Counted from the stretch's first letter, positions 1-12,769 are shown. The stretch: 64,000 nucleotides of DNA from Dendrobates tinctorius (GCF_039654945.1 NW_027361868.1:13888001-13952000); one strand, 5' to 3'. Notes: a model not told the origin generated them from the sequence alone. A program made the numbers and translations.

Positions 1-54
1 AAGTAGGTTATTTTTGATACAGCAGGAAAGTAAACCATCCATGTTCTATAGTCC

Positions 55-480
55 CAAAAGTAGATAATACAAAAGCCATCATTCACAATAGAAGAGTTCA
101 CAGCTCACCACCTCCTCCTCTTTGATCTGGGCCATTCTACTGTATGTAAGGGGTTCGTCAACCATTCATAATAGGTGGTGTCACAGCTCACCTCTTCCTC
201 CTGTACAATGACTGATATCACCTCTATATACAGTAAATAACAAAGGATCCACCATTCACAATAGGTGATATCACAGCTCACCTCTTCCTCCTGTATAATG
301 ACTGATAACATATCTATATACCGTAGATAATACAGGATCCACCACTCACAATAGATGTCACATCTCACCTCCTCTTGCACAATGACTCATAACACCTCTA
401 TATACAGTAGATAACATTAGATCCATCATTCTTAAAAGGTGATTTCACAGCTCGCCACTTCCTCCTTCCCATCACAATGA
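55..480. repeat. Degenerate ~90-bp tandem repeat in an EML4 intron (about 4-5 units)
   Basis: Units 161-250 and 251-340 (ACCATTCACAATAGGTGAT...TCACAGCTCACCTCTTCCTCCTGTA...AGATAATACAGGATCC) are near-identical; there are degenerate copies on both sides. Confidence 0.8.
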
Positions 481-676
481 TGTGCACCCAGATTAGAGCA
501 TCCTCTCAACACTTTTTTTTATAAAAATGTGGTTTGAGTCTGTCTCCCTCCTGATGTCCATTTACATAGCGAGCCGATGCAGGCCATGCGGAGGTAGTCA
601 CATGCAGTTATGGAGCTCTTATCTTGCTTTTCTGCTTTTTTTTATAACCCCACAGTGTATTTTCTGTATTTCTTAG

Positions 677-765
677 ATGGTTTGTCCTGGATGCAGAGAC
701 CAGAGATCTGGTTTCCATACACACAGATGGTAACGAGCAGCTCTCGGTGATGAGATACTCGATCG
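677..765 (+). CDS. EML4: EML4 internal coding exon (WD40/TAPE domain): (R)WFVLDAETRDLVSIHTDGNEQLSVMRYSI(D)
   Basis: ttcttag acceptor and GTGAGT donor; 89 nt; phase matches the next exon; translation matches my recollection of vertebrate EML4. Confidence 0.95.
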
Positions 766-1250
766 GTGAGTGATTCCCGCGAGTAAGTGACTGTTGACTG
801 TAACCTTGTGTCCGGGTCGTCGTCTCCCTCTCGCCTGCACTACCAGGACACTCGGACATGGAAGGACTACAGTACGTTCACTACGTGTCATGAATGGACG
901 CCGTCTGCCCTGCTCCTGGAGCGCTCTTGTCCCACTGTCGATGCTTTATCCGGCTCAAAGGAGTTTTCCAGTTTCAAAGATCCCCTGTCCCCCAGCTGCA
1001 GCTCCTGTTAAAAGAAAAAAAACAAACCAACCTGTGCTTTACTTTCTCTACCACTGCCACGTCTACGGTGCTGCTATCATTCTCCATTATTGTTTGCAGT
1101 GCTGACAACGCTGCAGACAATCACACCACGAGCGCTAATGCTGCCGCTGACTTCTAGACGGGTATAAGACTTGCTGGATACGTATAAATGTCCGGCAGAC
1201 CTAACAGATCTGTGCAGAATTGCTCCTGAGAGCCTGTCTTCCCCTTGCAG

Positions 1251-1348
1251 ATGGAGCCCTGCTCGCCGTGGGTTCACATGATAACTTTATTTACCTCTAC
1301 AATGTCTCAGAGAATGGAAGAAAATACAGCCGATACGGAAAGTGCTCT
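1251..1348 (+). CDS. EML4: EML4 coding exon: (D)GALLAVGSHDNFIYLYNVSENGRKYSRYGKCS
   Basis: ccccttgcag acceptor and GTGAGT donor; 98 nt; phase-compatible; EML-family AVGSHDNFIYLY motif. Confidence 0.95.
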
Positions 1349-2217
1349 GTGAGTAGTGCGGATGGATAATAGGGATGTTTGGTGCATTTCTTTGTATTTT
1401 TTTTTTTTTCTTTTTCTTCAATGCGTATATTTGGGGTCTGAAAATCAACTTTGTAATGTATTTTTAGTAAACTTTTTGCACAGTTTGCCTTCTATAGTCT
1501 GCGTGAGTTGTCTGAGAATCCGGTGAGCTTGTTCTGATGGTCTTACTGGAGAGTTTGTAGCTCTTATCGGTTTTTTTTTTTTGTTTTTTTCTGCTCCGCT
1601 CTAAAGGTTTATAATCTCAGACCACATCAAAGTTGAATGTGCAGGAAAGAAACTTTTTTTTTTTTTTTTCTTTCTTGAAACCCATTTACAACCCAACAAA
1701 AAAAAACATTTTGAACTCCCAATACATGTGTGTATGTATTTGGAGATCAAAATGACATTTGAAAATGGTTTTCAATAAAAACAAAAAATTGTACAATTTG
1801 GCTTTTACAGAGACGCTCTTCTTTCCTGAACACTCAACTTTGATGTGGTCTGAGATCATAAATAAATATTATATACCCAAAGAAGGACAAAGCTTTAAAG
1901 AGTTTTTCCATATGATGGGTCATCAATATGATGGTGGTTTGATACCTGCCATCCCCAGAAATTGGCTCTTCTAAGCTCTGGCAGCACTGCACAGCTCCAT
2001 TCAGTGTGTAGCAGTCGCTTCCGAGAACAGCTTGATCGGTGGAGGTGCCAGGTTTTGACCCCCCACTATCTGTTGATGGGTCATATCTGTATCCTATAAG
2101 GTAATACTCCAGGCAAACTGTATATGCTGTTATCCCATATGCAGGATCTTAGTTGGGATTTAATGACCACCAAGGTTACGAGCACCGCTTTTACTATTTC
2201 TTTTTCTTTTCCCGCAG

Positions 2218-2305
2218 GGACATTCCAGTTACATCACTCACCTCGACTGGTCCCCGGATAACAAATACATAATGTCAAACTCGGGAGATTATGAAATATT
2301 ATACT
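2218..2305 (+). CDS. EML4: EML4 coding exon: GHSSYITHLDWSPDNKYIMSNSGDYEILY(W)
   Basis: Polypyrimidine-cccgcag acceptor and GTAAGT donor; 88 nt; WD40 GH..ITHLDW motif. Confidence 0.95.
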
Positions 2306-2717
2306 GTAAGTAACATAAAGGATGTTGTGCATTCAATTTATAGAAGGTACGCTAGGTTCACACTGGCATTTGGGGGAACATCCTCGGTCGTGAGATGGAC
2401 CCAAACTCTGCCAGGCGGACCCTCAGTAACTATGACGGGGGTCTGTCAGGTTTCCATTTATTTGGTCATTATTTTACTGCCTGAATTTGCGTCAGAGGCT
2501 CCAATGTCAGTGAGAACTTGGCCTTAATAAAGTCTGTCTCCGTGTGGAGCACATCTTACTGGTTACTGGGGAGGAAGAGTGTATGGGTGATGCGATTATC
2601 ACTCCTTATGAACAGCCCTACAGTGTTGTAGAAATATATCTGTTCCCCTATCCCAATTATCACCTTACATAATAATTCTTTATTCTTTCTTGCCTTTTTT
2701 TTTTCTTTTGCCTCCAG

Positions 2718-2816
2718 GGGACATTCCAAGTGGTTGTAAATTAATTCGGAATCGTTCAGACTGCAAAGACATCGACTGGGCGACGTACACGTGTGTGCTA
2801 GGATTTCATGTGTTTG
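2718..2816 (+). CDS. EML4: EML4 coding exon: (W)DIPSGCKLIRNRSDCKDIDWATYTCVLGFHVF(G)
   Basis: Polypyrimidine-ctccag acceptor and GTCAGT donor; 99 nt; phase-compatible. Confidence 0.95.
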
Positions 2817-3780
2817 GTCAGTAGCCCTACGTGGAGTAGATATGAGTGTTAGATGTTCAGTTATGGTCCATTTCGAGTTTATGTTCTACAACTTGGCAGA
2901 GCAGGAGGACAGGCGAGAGCTTGCAGAAGAATGGCACTTGGAAAGGAGCTGACCCCGGGTCTGTGCCGGACCTTGCTTTTTATACCAGATATTAAAGAGT
3001 AGACATGAAGTTCTCGTTATTGGGAGTCCCGGTGCTCAAAACGTAACCAATGGACTTGCTCACGTCAATTGGGTGAAAGACCATTGACGTGGTTCTTGTC
3101 TGGTCTTCCCCTCTGTAATGATGCTGAGGGCAACTCTTCTAGTGTAGTGATTTGATGAAGGTCTCTGATCACTAGTGCTGAGAGCGTCATGTATATCTCC
3201 ATGACTAGAATTGATGAAGTCAAGTGTCTTCAAAAAAAGAACTTAAGTCGTTCCCATTTGGGGTATCTCACACATTAACCACTTTACGTCATTTGACGTG
3301 ATTTACTCAGCTGCCATGTCCCTCTTAACAGCCATGGGTGGAGCAGAGTTCCACCCACGACTGTTAACTTTAAAGCCCGCTGTCAATCTCCCGACTGGAA
3401 ACTCATCATTCCTGCCTCCCTGTCACAAGGCGCTGATGACTTGTCATGAAAGCCAAAGTTCTGCAGGCGACTCCATGCCCGTAATCACGATCCATCTGTG
3501 AACGCTGGCTTGTGGACGGCGTTCTTAGGAGAGCGTGATTTTTGCTATACATAGCAGGACTTCAGTCCTGATATGTGGAGCACAAGCAATCGGATGATTG
3601 CGGATTTAAGTCTCCTAAAGGGCCTATTAAATACAGTAAAAAGTTTTTAAGATATGAAAAAAAATGTAAACACAAGTTCAAATCTCCCATCTTTTGCTCC
3701 ATTGAAAATAAAACAAACCAAAAAATATTACACGTATTTCGTATCGCTTTATACATTACAATTTTTTTTTTCCTTTTTAG

Positions 3781-3911
3781 GTGTGTGGCCAGAAGGATCG
3801 GATGGCACAGATATTAACGCATTAGTACGATCTGGCAACAGAAAGGTTATTGCTCTCGCTGATGACTTTTGCAAAGTCCACCTATTTCAATATCCGTGCT
3901 CCAAACCAAAG
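3781..3911 (+). CDS. EML4: EML4 coding exon: (G)VWPEGSDGTDINALVRSGNRKVIALADDFCKVHLFQYPCSKPK
   Basis: tttttag acceptor and GTAACG donor; 131 nt; EML-family GVWPEGSDGTDINA motif, also visible in ORF 3654..3935. Confidence 0.96.
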
Positions 3912-3946
3912 GTAACGACAATCCGGACCACTTAAATGATAGTTTA

Positions 3947-4700
3947 AGGCTGTGTGCACACGTAACATTTTTGTGGGGGGTTTTTACGCGCGAAATCGTC
4001 ACCAAAAAAAGCATCCCATGCAATCCTATGGGATTCCGCAATGCTGTGCTAATGCTGCGGATTTTTCCGTTGCGGAATCGCATAGCGGAAAAATCCGCAG
4101 CATGCTCATTCATTTTGCAGAATCGCGGGGATTCCGCACACATAGGATTGCTTTGAAACGCTCATTTTACGCATGTGACTATGCCCACCATGCGTGAAGT
4201 GAGCTCTTCAGGTGCGGATGGTGCCCACGGTCTGAAGGAGAGGAGACTCTCCTCCATGCCCTGGGTACCATAATCCTGTAAAAAAAATAGAATTAAAATA
4301 AAAGTTATTCTCCCCTTCTGACGGCCCCCTATCTCCTTCCCGCCTCTCACCACGCTCCTGGCATCTTCCGGTCCCAGTAATGCTTTGCGCGAATGACCGC
4401 AATGCCGTAGCGGTCTCGCGGGCGTGACGTCATCATAGGTCCTTCGCGCGAAGCATTTCTGGGACTGGAAGATGCCGTCAACGTGGAGAGAGGTGGGAAG
4501 GAGATAAAGGGCCGTCGGAAGGTGAGAATAACAATATATTTTTTTTTTTTTTTTAAAGATCCTATCTTTTACTATTGAGGCTGCATAGGCAGCCTCAATA
4601 ATAAAAAGTTGGGCACACTTGTCAAACATTATGGAATTACAAATGCGGATTTCTCACGCATTTCCCGCGGCATGGAATTCCGGACGTGTGCACATAGCCT
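3947..4700. mobile_element. Non-autonomous PIF/Harbinger-like MITE in the last EML4 intron
   Basis: TIRs AGGCTGTGTGCACACG ... CGTGTGCACATAGCCT with TWA-type flanks; internal palindromes. Confidence 0.75.
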
Positions 4701-4959
4701 TACTGTTAATTACGTAGAATTAATTACGTAGCATTAAAGACAAAATACAGACTATGTAACCATGTGTCCGGTGTATTGAAACCTAGTCCATATTAAGCCC
4801 ACTTTTAACATCTGTACAGCCCTAAGTGAAGACCTAAAGGCATTTTTTCAATGCTATGTGTGTTAAATCCAAATTTACTATATTGAGATTTGTTTAATAA
4901 TAAATATATAGAAATTCTATGTACTTACTCCTGGCTCACCGGTCAGGACTTCATTTTTG

Positions 4960-4997
<38 letters not shown>

Positions 4998-5002
4998 TTA
5001 AG

Positions 5003-5467
5003 GCTCCAAGTCACAAGTACAGTGCCCATAGCAGTCACGTAACCAACGTAAGCTTTACTCACAGTGACTGCCACCTAATTTCAACAGGAGGGAAGGACAT
5101 GAGCATCATTCAGTGGAGACTGATAGAAAAGGTGTCGCTCCCCCAAACTGACAATGTAGTAGAAATAAATGCATCCAATACGCCAATCGTAACCGAGAAG
5201 GTTGTCCAGGAAGTTACCCCTACCTCCGAGCCGAAAGCCGCGAACGAGGAAGTCGCAGAAGTGGTAGAGTCTCCCGAGAGTCCAATACTAGATGCCAGAG
5301 GAGAAAACGCTGTAGAAACCGAATATCAAAACGAGGTGCAGAGTGAAGAAAGCAGTCAAGAAGCCGTGGAGGAAAACGGGCAAGAGGCCTCTAGTGAAAT
5401 AAACGAGGAGTCAACGGATTCTCCTACCCTAGCCGAAACCCGGGGAGAAGATTCACCAGTGTCTTAA
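5003..5467 (+). CDS. EML4: EML4 terminal coding exon: APSHKYSAHSSHVTNVSFTHSDCHLISTGGKDMSIIQW... followed by an acidic low-complexity tail, TAA stop
   Basis: Poly-T tract and aag acceptor; contained in ORF 4919..5467. The last WD40 repeat followed by a long E/S/P-rich tail is characteristic of EML4 among EML paralogues. Confidence 0.93.
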   Translation, partial: APSHKYSAHSSHVTNVSFTHSDCHLISTGGKDMSIIQWRLIEKVSLPQTDNVVEINASNTPIVTEKVVQEVTPTSEPKAANEEVAEVVESPESPILDARGENAVETEYQNEVQSEESSQEAVEENGQEASSEINEESTDSPTLAETRGEDSPVS

Positions 5468-7480
5468 CAGTTTCGTAGTTAACTTTTTTCCTTTTTCTTT
5501 ATTTGTACCTGGTGGGTGAGCTTTCGTTATGGGAAGAAGGGTTTAACTATCAGGAGAATATTTGGCTGGAATATGACACCATACTTGTGTGATGTAGGCT
5601 CTGGGAAAACTGTACACAAGATCCAAAAAAAAAGCCAAAGCTGGAAGATGGACGACAATGTAGATGATTGACTTAAGAACCGATGTCACGATGGTTTGTT
5701 GTACATAATTAATTTTTTTTTTTTTTTTTTAAGGGTCAAACNNNNNNNNNNNNNNNNNNNNNNNNNNNNNNNNNNNNNNNNNNNNNNNNNNNNNNNNNNN
5801 NNNNNNNNNNNNNNNNNNNNNNNNNNNNNNNNNNNNNNNNNNNNNNNNNNNNNNNNNNNNNNNNNNNNNNACCGAAGGCCTATTTTACCAATGATACATT
5901 TACTAGGTGCATAAACGCCAAAGGCGGTGATCCACTCTGGATTCATTTTCAGGGTAAAATCCTGGAGCCGCGCTCGACTTCTTCGGAGCGACTTTGGTGA
6001 ACATTATGCAATTTTTATACAGTTTTAGATAACGTTTGCCATACCAAGTTTGCCCTAATTGCTGCTACCTACTATTTTTCTTTTTAGGACTGTTTTTACT
6101 GCCTATATTTAGCAGCATATTTAAAAAAAATCTTGCTTTATCCTGACCAAGCAATTTTTTTTTTTCTTTTCCTTTTTTTTTTTTTTTTTAGGGGGGGGGC
6201 AATCCAAATTCACATTTTGCATGTCTATTCACCAATGTGAAATACTATTTGCATTTGGGGAAAGGGGTTGGATGGGGGGGGGGGGTTAAGTGGTGGTTGC
6301 AGTAGGATTATAATTTGATCACCCACTAATTTAAAAAAAAAAAGAGAAATTTTTAAAAAAAAAATCACGGTCACTGATAATGGTGCTTGGCATTTCTAAG
6401 TGATTTTTTTTTTCTTTATTAGACTTGTAATGAAAATTTAAGTTTAGGATAGTTTTATAGGTGTTTTTTTTTTTTGGACAAATGAATGCATTTCTCACAC
6501 AGCCAAATCCCCTTTATGGGAAATGTAAAAAAAAAAAAAAAAAAAATGCATTTTCTTTGAATATTTAAAAACAAAAGCAAACTTTTTTGTTCATATTTTA
6601 GATGAATTTTTTTTTTTTTTAATAAATGCACAAGTCTTAAGTGTGCATGAGTTTACGTCATTGCGCCATTCCAAAGTGCATCTAAAGTGTCATTCCCTTC
6701 CAGTATCTTCTCAGGAGAATTGCTACAGATAAAAGGGGTCATTAGAGAGAACATGGGGGCCGCCCAAAAAGACATCACATACGCAAACATATCTACAGTA
6801 AAGTTATATGGCAAAGTGTTTATGTATGTGTCTATAGATTATATTTGTCTATCTACATATATGTATGTGCATACGGGAGTATATACACATACATTTATCT
6901 AAAGATTTACACAGATGTATTCTCTTGTTTACAGTCGTCCTAATAAAAAAAAAAAAAAAAAACTTTTTGTTTTGAAGTATGTAAAGAAAAAAAATTAAAT
7001 TCCAATTCCGAACAAGATGCGTCTTTACCATGTAATAACTATTAAAGTTTTTTCCTTTTTAAGAAAAAAATTTAAATTTTGCAATTTTTCAAATGGCGTG
7101 ATAAAGCCGCAATTGTTCCGAAAAGGAAAAAAATAAAAAAGTTGCTGTTACTAAGGAAGAAATAAGTTGGAGGCTTATGAAATGACAAGTATGCAAAAAG
7201 CCTCATCCGGAAATGTAACGGCAACTACTGTTTGTTAAATAAAATAAAAAAATAATAAAAAGTAATAAATGTGATTTATGGATGGAAAAAGAGTTTTAAA
7301 CTATGTAACTGTAGATGTTTTCAGGTTCAAAAATTGTGAATGAAATCTGAATCCCGCGTGTTTTTCATGTGAAGATGTTTGAGCCATTTCTATCTCATGC
7401 ATTCCTGTCTCATGACAGTAATTTTTTTTTTTTTTTTGACATTTAAGAGCAAAATAAAATCATACAATATACGTGCATGT
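5468..7480 (+). other. EML4: Probable EML4 3' UTR (A/U-rich; several AATAAA, the last at 7453-7458 followed by a GU-rich stretch)
   Basis: Repeat-free AT-rich sequence after the stop codon; the cleavage site cannot be fixed from DNA alone. Confidence 0.55.
5742..5870. other. Assembly gap (129 N)
   Basis: Run of N. Confidence 1.
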
Positions 7481-7605
7481 GTTTTTGGAGATCTTAATTT
7501 TCGAGAAGTTATGGGAGTAAAAAAAAAAAAATCCCCCTACCTCAACGTGTCTGTTTGCTACGGCGCAGCTTTTGGCATCCCTGAGTTACAGTTGGGAAAC
7601 TTTCG

Positions 7606-7892
7606 GGGTCTGTGCACACGTTGCGGGTTCTACTGCGGATCCGCAGCAGATTCTCCTGCGTTGTACAGTACCATTATTTCCTATGTAAAATAAAAAACGT
7701 TGTGCAGATGCTGCGGAAAAATCCGCAGCAGATCCGCTGCGGGTTCATTTCCGCAGCATGTCAATTCTTTGCTCGGATTCCGCAGCGTTGTACACCGGCT
7801 CCATTATAGGAATCCGCAGGTGTAAAAACGCAGGTGAAATCCGCAGAAAATCTGCACAAAATCCGCAGGTAAAACCCAGGTCATTTTACCTG
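7606..7892. mobile_element. Harbinger-like MITE rich in CCGCAG/TGCGG repeats
   Basis: TIR-like ends GGGTCTGTGCACACGTTGC ... GCAACGTGCACATACCC, related to the termini of 3947-4700. Confidence 0.7.
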
Positions 7893-9910
7893 CGGATTTA
7901 GCAAAATCCGCACTGAGAAATCCGCACTGAAATCTGCAACGTGCACATACCCTTGGTTGCAAAACCTTTTTCTCAGAGCAGCCAATGCTGGTAGGTTGTA
8001 GTTTTTTATACGCGGACCATGTAATAAGAATAGGCAAGAATGTACTGTGGCCAAGTATCACTTTAACTTAACATTTTATTAGGAAAGTGTAAGGGGTCTA
8101 TGAATTCTGCTGGTGCCATTGAGTTATTGACGATCAATCATCTGTCCCATTACTGTGAGCTGCAGTTTTCCTGTGCCTTTTCTTATGTCTTCAGGCCCTC
8201 GTATGCATTAGATAAATCATTTTGCGTACTTAATGCTACAGGATAATGGAGAAGGAGACAGTAGGTTCGGGTGGTGATGAGGTGGCAACTAGGTCATTGT
8301 AGGCTGTAAACTTTCTTGAAGAGATTGATTTTCAAGTTCCTTCTGAAAGTTCCAAATGTGGATAATCTGATGTGCTAAGGCACATGAGTTAATTCCAGAT
8401 GACGAGGGATGCTCGGGAGAAGTTTTGGAGACGATTTGGTGAGCAGCGTATAAGTGTTCACGGAGAGAAAGAAGGTCTTCTTGAGAGGTCCGAAGATTAC
8501 GTGTTGGAATATATCAGAAGATTAGTTTTGCGAAATATGGGGGAGTCCGATTATGGACGCCTTTGTAGTAGGTCAATGTTGGCCATTTGAACGGGATAAA
8601 ATGGGGAATTGGTAGCCAGTGATGGGATTTTCAGAGGGTGCAAGTGAAGGAGTAGCGAGGGGAGAGGTGGATTATTTGGGCAGCAGAGTTGGGGACTGGA
8701 GAGGTGTGAGTGATGGCAGCGATGTCACAAAGGAAAATGTTGCAGTAGTTGAGGCGAGAGATGAGAGCATGCGCTAACATTTTAGTAGATTCAGGGTTGA
8801 GGAAAAGATGGATTGTGGAGATAGTTTTGAGTTTGAAGCAGCAGGGGGACAGGACAGAGTCAAAGGTTGCTCCAAGGCAGTAGGGGAGTTAGGTGAGATG
8901 GAGGAAAGATGATGAGTTCAGTTTTGTTCACATTGAGCTTTAGGAAGCGTAATGAGAAGAATATGGCGGATAGACACTCTGGGGTTCTGGTCAGCAGAGA
9001 GGTAACATCTGGGCCACAGACGTAGATCTGGGTATCACTGTATAGATGGCACTGAAAACCATGGGACTTTGCATTGTCCCTGTTCAAAGGTATAGATGGA
9101 GATGAGTCATAAGTTCCAGGACTGCGCCTTAAGGACACCAACATAGAGATGGTGGAATGAGGAGGTAATGTGGGAGACTCTAAATATGCGGCTAGAAAGA
9201 TATAAGGAGATTCAGGAGTGGGCAAGGTCTTTGACGTTAAGGGAAGAGAGGATTTGTATTAGGAAGGAGTGATTGACTTTGTCAAAGGTAGAGGACAGAT
9301 CTAGGAGGTCAAGTGTAGATTATGGTCAGCTTTAGCAGCAGTTTGTTAGTAATTTTGTTCTGGGCAGATTCGGTGGAATGGTGGGGATGGAAGCTGGGTT
9401 GTAGGTCATCAAAGAGTGAGAGGTAGGAGGAAAGTTCAGCATAGACATTCTGTTCAGAGTTTGGAGGCAAATGGAAGAAACGATATGGGGCTATAGCTGG
9501 ACAAAGTTTGGGTTGAGGCATGGCTTCTTCAGGATAGATGCAAACATGTCATGTTTGAAAGCAGAAGGCTATCAGATGTTTAGCAATATGTTGAAGAGAT
9601 GGGTTAGGGCTGGGATAAGCGTGGTGATGAGATTAAGTAAGAAATAGAATGGGGTCAAGTGCACAAGCGTTGGGGTGTGATTTGGAGAGACGATGGGTAA
9701 GCTCTCCTCCTTCACTGATAGTGGGTAGGAGCAGTGGTCTGTTCTATAAAGGGGTTGTGGAGGATGGATAGTAAAACTTGCCTTGTTTGGTCTATCTTAT
9801 TTCTGAAATGTGCGTCAGTCTTCGGCAGAAATGAGAGGGCAGAGGAAGGGAGTTAAATGTTGAATAACTGATTGGGATTGTGGGATGAAGAAGATGAGGG
9901 TTGTGAAGTA

Positions 9911-10344
9911 TGACAAAAAAGACATGTCACTCCGAGAATTCAGATGTGGGGTGCGCAGAAAAGGATACCAGTCCCAATTCAGTACAGAATAAGAAATCTG
10001 GCGCTTCCAAATGCAGAAAATAGTTTTGTTTTATTCAAAGGTTAATAATCCACACGGTGTACATTCTTTTTGTTACGTTTCGGTCACTATCATGGACCTT
10101 CAAACGAGGAGCTGTGAGGAGAGCAGGAGGAGGAACAAAGCGCTGACAGAGAATATTGCAATACAGCATCTCTCTGTCAGCGCTTTGTTCCTCCTCCTGC
10201 TCTCCTCACAGCTCCACATGTCTGAAGAAGGTCCATGATAGTGACCGAAACGTAACAAATAGAATGTACACCGTGTGGATTATTAACCTGTGAATAAAAC
10301 AAAACTTTTTTCTGCATTTGGGAGTGCCAGATTTCTGATTCTGT
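9911..10344. mobile_element. Fold-back (inverted pLTR) Penelope-like mini-insert with a 13-bp target-site duplication
   Basis: TSD GGGTTGTGAAGTA at 9898-9910 and 10345-10357; ~165-bp inverted arms 9984-10150 / 10170-10344; contains a hammerhead core and AATAAA. Confidence 0.75.
10217..10257 (+). ncRNA. Minimal type I hammerhead ribozyme motif (Penelope-type)
   Basis: tgt-CTGAAGA-a-GGTC-catgatagt-GACC-GAAAC-GTA-aca: both core boxes, 4-bp stem II, palindromic ACGT stem III, GUA cleavage triplet, 3-bp stem I. Confidence 0.7.
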
Positions 10345-11284
10345 GGGTTGTGAAGTAGACCTGTTTAGCAGAGGTGAGGGCCGACTTGAATGTGAAGTTT
10401 GCTTTTTTTTTAATGCAGTGAAGTCCTCTTGCGAGAGTTTTCTTCCAGTGCCGCTCTGCAACCCTGGACACTTGTCAAAGCTTTTTAGTAAGGTTGTTAT
10501 GCCAGGGTTTTCTATTGATTCGTTGCACTCTGCCATGCACAAGAGGGGTTACCCGGGGAGTAGCAGTTGTGGAGGTCTAATATTAGGAGATATATCGCCA
10601 GTATGGGGGGGGAGAGTGGCCAGCAGCTTGTCTTTTGTTTTAGTAAGGTATATGTGCTGAGGGGCATATCTGCATATGAGGCCAGGTTTAGAGAATAAGA
10701 GGGATGTTGAGAATTATTTGTAGAGTGAAGGAGGAGAGTAAGGATTAGTGGAGCAAAAACAATAAGGGCATAGGTAAGCATGGTGAGAGCAAGTGTGGGA
10801 AGTTAGAGGTAAGCACAGTTAAAACAGTTGTACGCCTTACCTTCTTGTCAATTCTGGTATATTTATAGTAAGCAGTTAAAGGGGTTGTTCCACAATACAA
10901 ACTACTGTTAATGCTGCAGAGACCTTGTAAATTACTATTGTAATATGTTTTAAAAATTATGCCCCATTTAAAAGATATGCACTTATGATTATCAATATGG
11001 CGCCAACTAGTGTTAGTACTACTGGCTGCTCTGTCCATCCACTTAACGCTCTTCTGCTCTTCTCGTGACAGCGTATGTGCAGTTCCCTCTCTCTGACATG
11101 GCCGCTTGTGCTTTGCAGTAGGATTTCATACGGCGTACTGGGAACGCCTGTATGTGGAGTTACGCTCTCAGCATATTGCCCGGGCAGGACCTTCTCCCCT
11201 ACGCAGCAGTTATGATGAGCAGTGTTACATTAGACCCCCACCGCCTGACTTCTTCCTTACGGTTGGACATAAATCAGTAAAGAA

Positions 11285-11566
11285 TAGTGATGAGCGAGTA
11301 TACTCGTTGCTCAGGTTTTCCCGAGCATGCTCGGGTGGTCTGAGTATTTTGGCGTGCTCGGAGATTTAGTGTTGACCAGCTGCATCATTTATGACTGCTA
11401 GACAGGCTGAACACGTGGGGGTTGCCTGTTTGTTAGGAATTCCACACATGTATTCAGGCTGTCTAGCAGCTATAAATCATGCAGCTGCTTCGACAAACAC
11501 TAAATCTCTGTGCACGCCAAAATACTCAGAGATCACCCGAGCAGTGAGTATACTCGCCCATCACTA
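11285..11566. mobile_element. hAT-type MITE
   Basis: TIRs TAGTGATGAGCGAGTATACTC ... GAGTATACTCGCCCATCACTA; perfect 8-bp TSD GTAAAGAA (11277-11284, 11567-11574). Confidence 0.9.
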
Positions 11567-11672
11567 GTAAAGAAGGCAGCAGCATTCTTGTCTTCTGCTC
11601 CTGGCGGTGCAGAGCGCAGTAAATGTGAAGTTTGTCCTCTGCTGCTCTTTGCACAAGCAGTGACAGATCTCA

Positions 11673-12083
11673 GGCTACTTTCACACTAGCGTCGTGCGAT
11701 GGCCGTCGCCCTGCGTCGGGGCGACGTACCGTCGCACGTTGTGAAAGTTGTGCACAACGGGGGCAGCGGATGCAGTTTTTCAATGCATCCGCTGCCCCAT
11801 TGTAATGTCCGGGGAGGAGGGGGCAGAGTTTCGGCCGCGCATGCGCGGTTGAAAATGGCAGACACGACGCACAAAAAAAGTTACACGTAACGTTTGTGTC
11901 GCGGCCGCCAAAATACGACGCATCCGTCGCACGACGGCTGCGACGTGTGCCCATACGTCGCAATGCGTCGCTAACGCAAGTCTATGGAGAAAAACGCATC
12001 CTGCTGGCAACTTTGCAGGATGCGTTTTTCTCCAAAACGACGCATTGCGACGTACGTCGCACGACGCTAGTGTGAAAGTAGCT
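11673..12083. mobile_element. Harbinger-like MITE
   Basis: TIRs GGCTACTTTCACACTAGCGTCGTGCGA ... TCGCACGACGCTAGTGTGAAAGTAGCT; 3-bp TSD TCA. Confidence 0.85.
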
Positions 12084-12294
12084 TCAGCCGCACTATGCAG
12101 AACACATCAGTCAGAGGACAAACCCTTCATAACTGCCGCACTCACAAGATGGAGACACTGAGCGTTTTACTGCCCACATTCCCACAGCTTCTACCTCCTT
12201 TTCCTTGCAGTTTTGTGAGAGGGGAGAAAGCCGTGCTGTGAGGACTTCCCCAGTTTAAGAAAAAAAAGTAAAAGTCCATTAAAAAAACACTAAC

Positions 12295-12480
12295 ATAATA
12301 ATAATAAATTTTATTTCTATAGCGCCGACATATTCCGCAGCACTTTACGTTTCAGAGGGGACTTGTACAGACAATAGACATTACAGCATAACAATAATCA
12401 CATAGATCATAACAGATACCAAGAGGAATGAGGGCCCTGCTCGCAAGCTTACAGTCTGAGGAAAGAGGTAGACACGAAAG
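12295..12480 (-). mobile_element. 3' end fragment of an L2-type LINE or L2-tailed SINE
   Basis: The + strand AATAATAATAAATTTTATTTCTATAGCGCCGACATATTCCGCAGCACTTTAC resembles an L2 3' tail, comparable with 45610-45650. Confidence 0.6.
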
Positions 12481-12769
12481 GTGGGTGGTAACAATTGCCC
12501 TGATTGTATGGACCAGCCATAATGTTAAGTGTGTAACAGTACAGACAGAGGGCTGATAGACGCATAAAGCATGTGGGAACATGATGCGGGGAACCTGGTT
12601 ATGGTAACTTTTGGCTCTGCCACATAGGCATAGATTAGGTTAACATAATGAACACATTTTTACATACTTTCTCTAACCCTATCTAAGGTTACTACTAGGG
12701 ATAGGGATATGATTAGAAACTGTATTGCAGCACAAAGAGCCACCGGGGCTCATCGGACTCTAGTTACGA

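Larger units (their letters stand above)
8240..10820 (-). mobile_element. Degenerate L2-clade LINE remnant (ORF2 RT region), interrupted by the 9911-10344 insert
   Basis: Minus-strand peptide CHLYSDTQIYVCGPD...FLKLNVNKTELIIFPPSH (ORF 8860..9225); reverse-complement similarity to the L2 at 42790-45650. Confidence 0.8.

Noticed and set aside
105-380. 91-aa repetitive ORF on the - strand
   Set aside because: Translation of the 90-bp tandem repeat, whose unit is a multiple of 3.
4919-5002. N-terminal part of ORF 4919..5467 (MYLLL...FFFF)
   Set aside because: This is the intronic polypyrimidine tract; the real exon starts at 5003.
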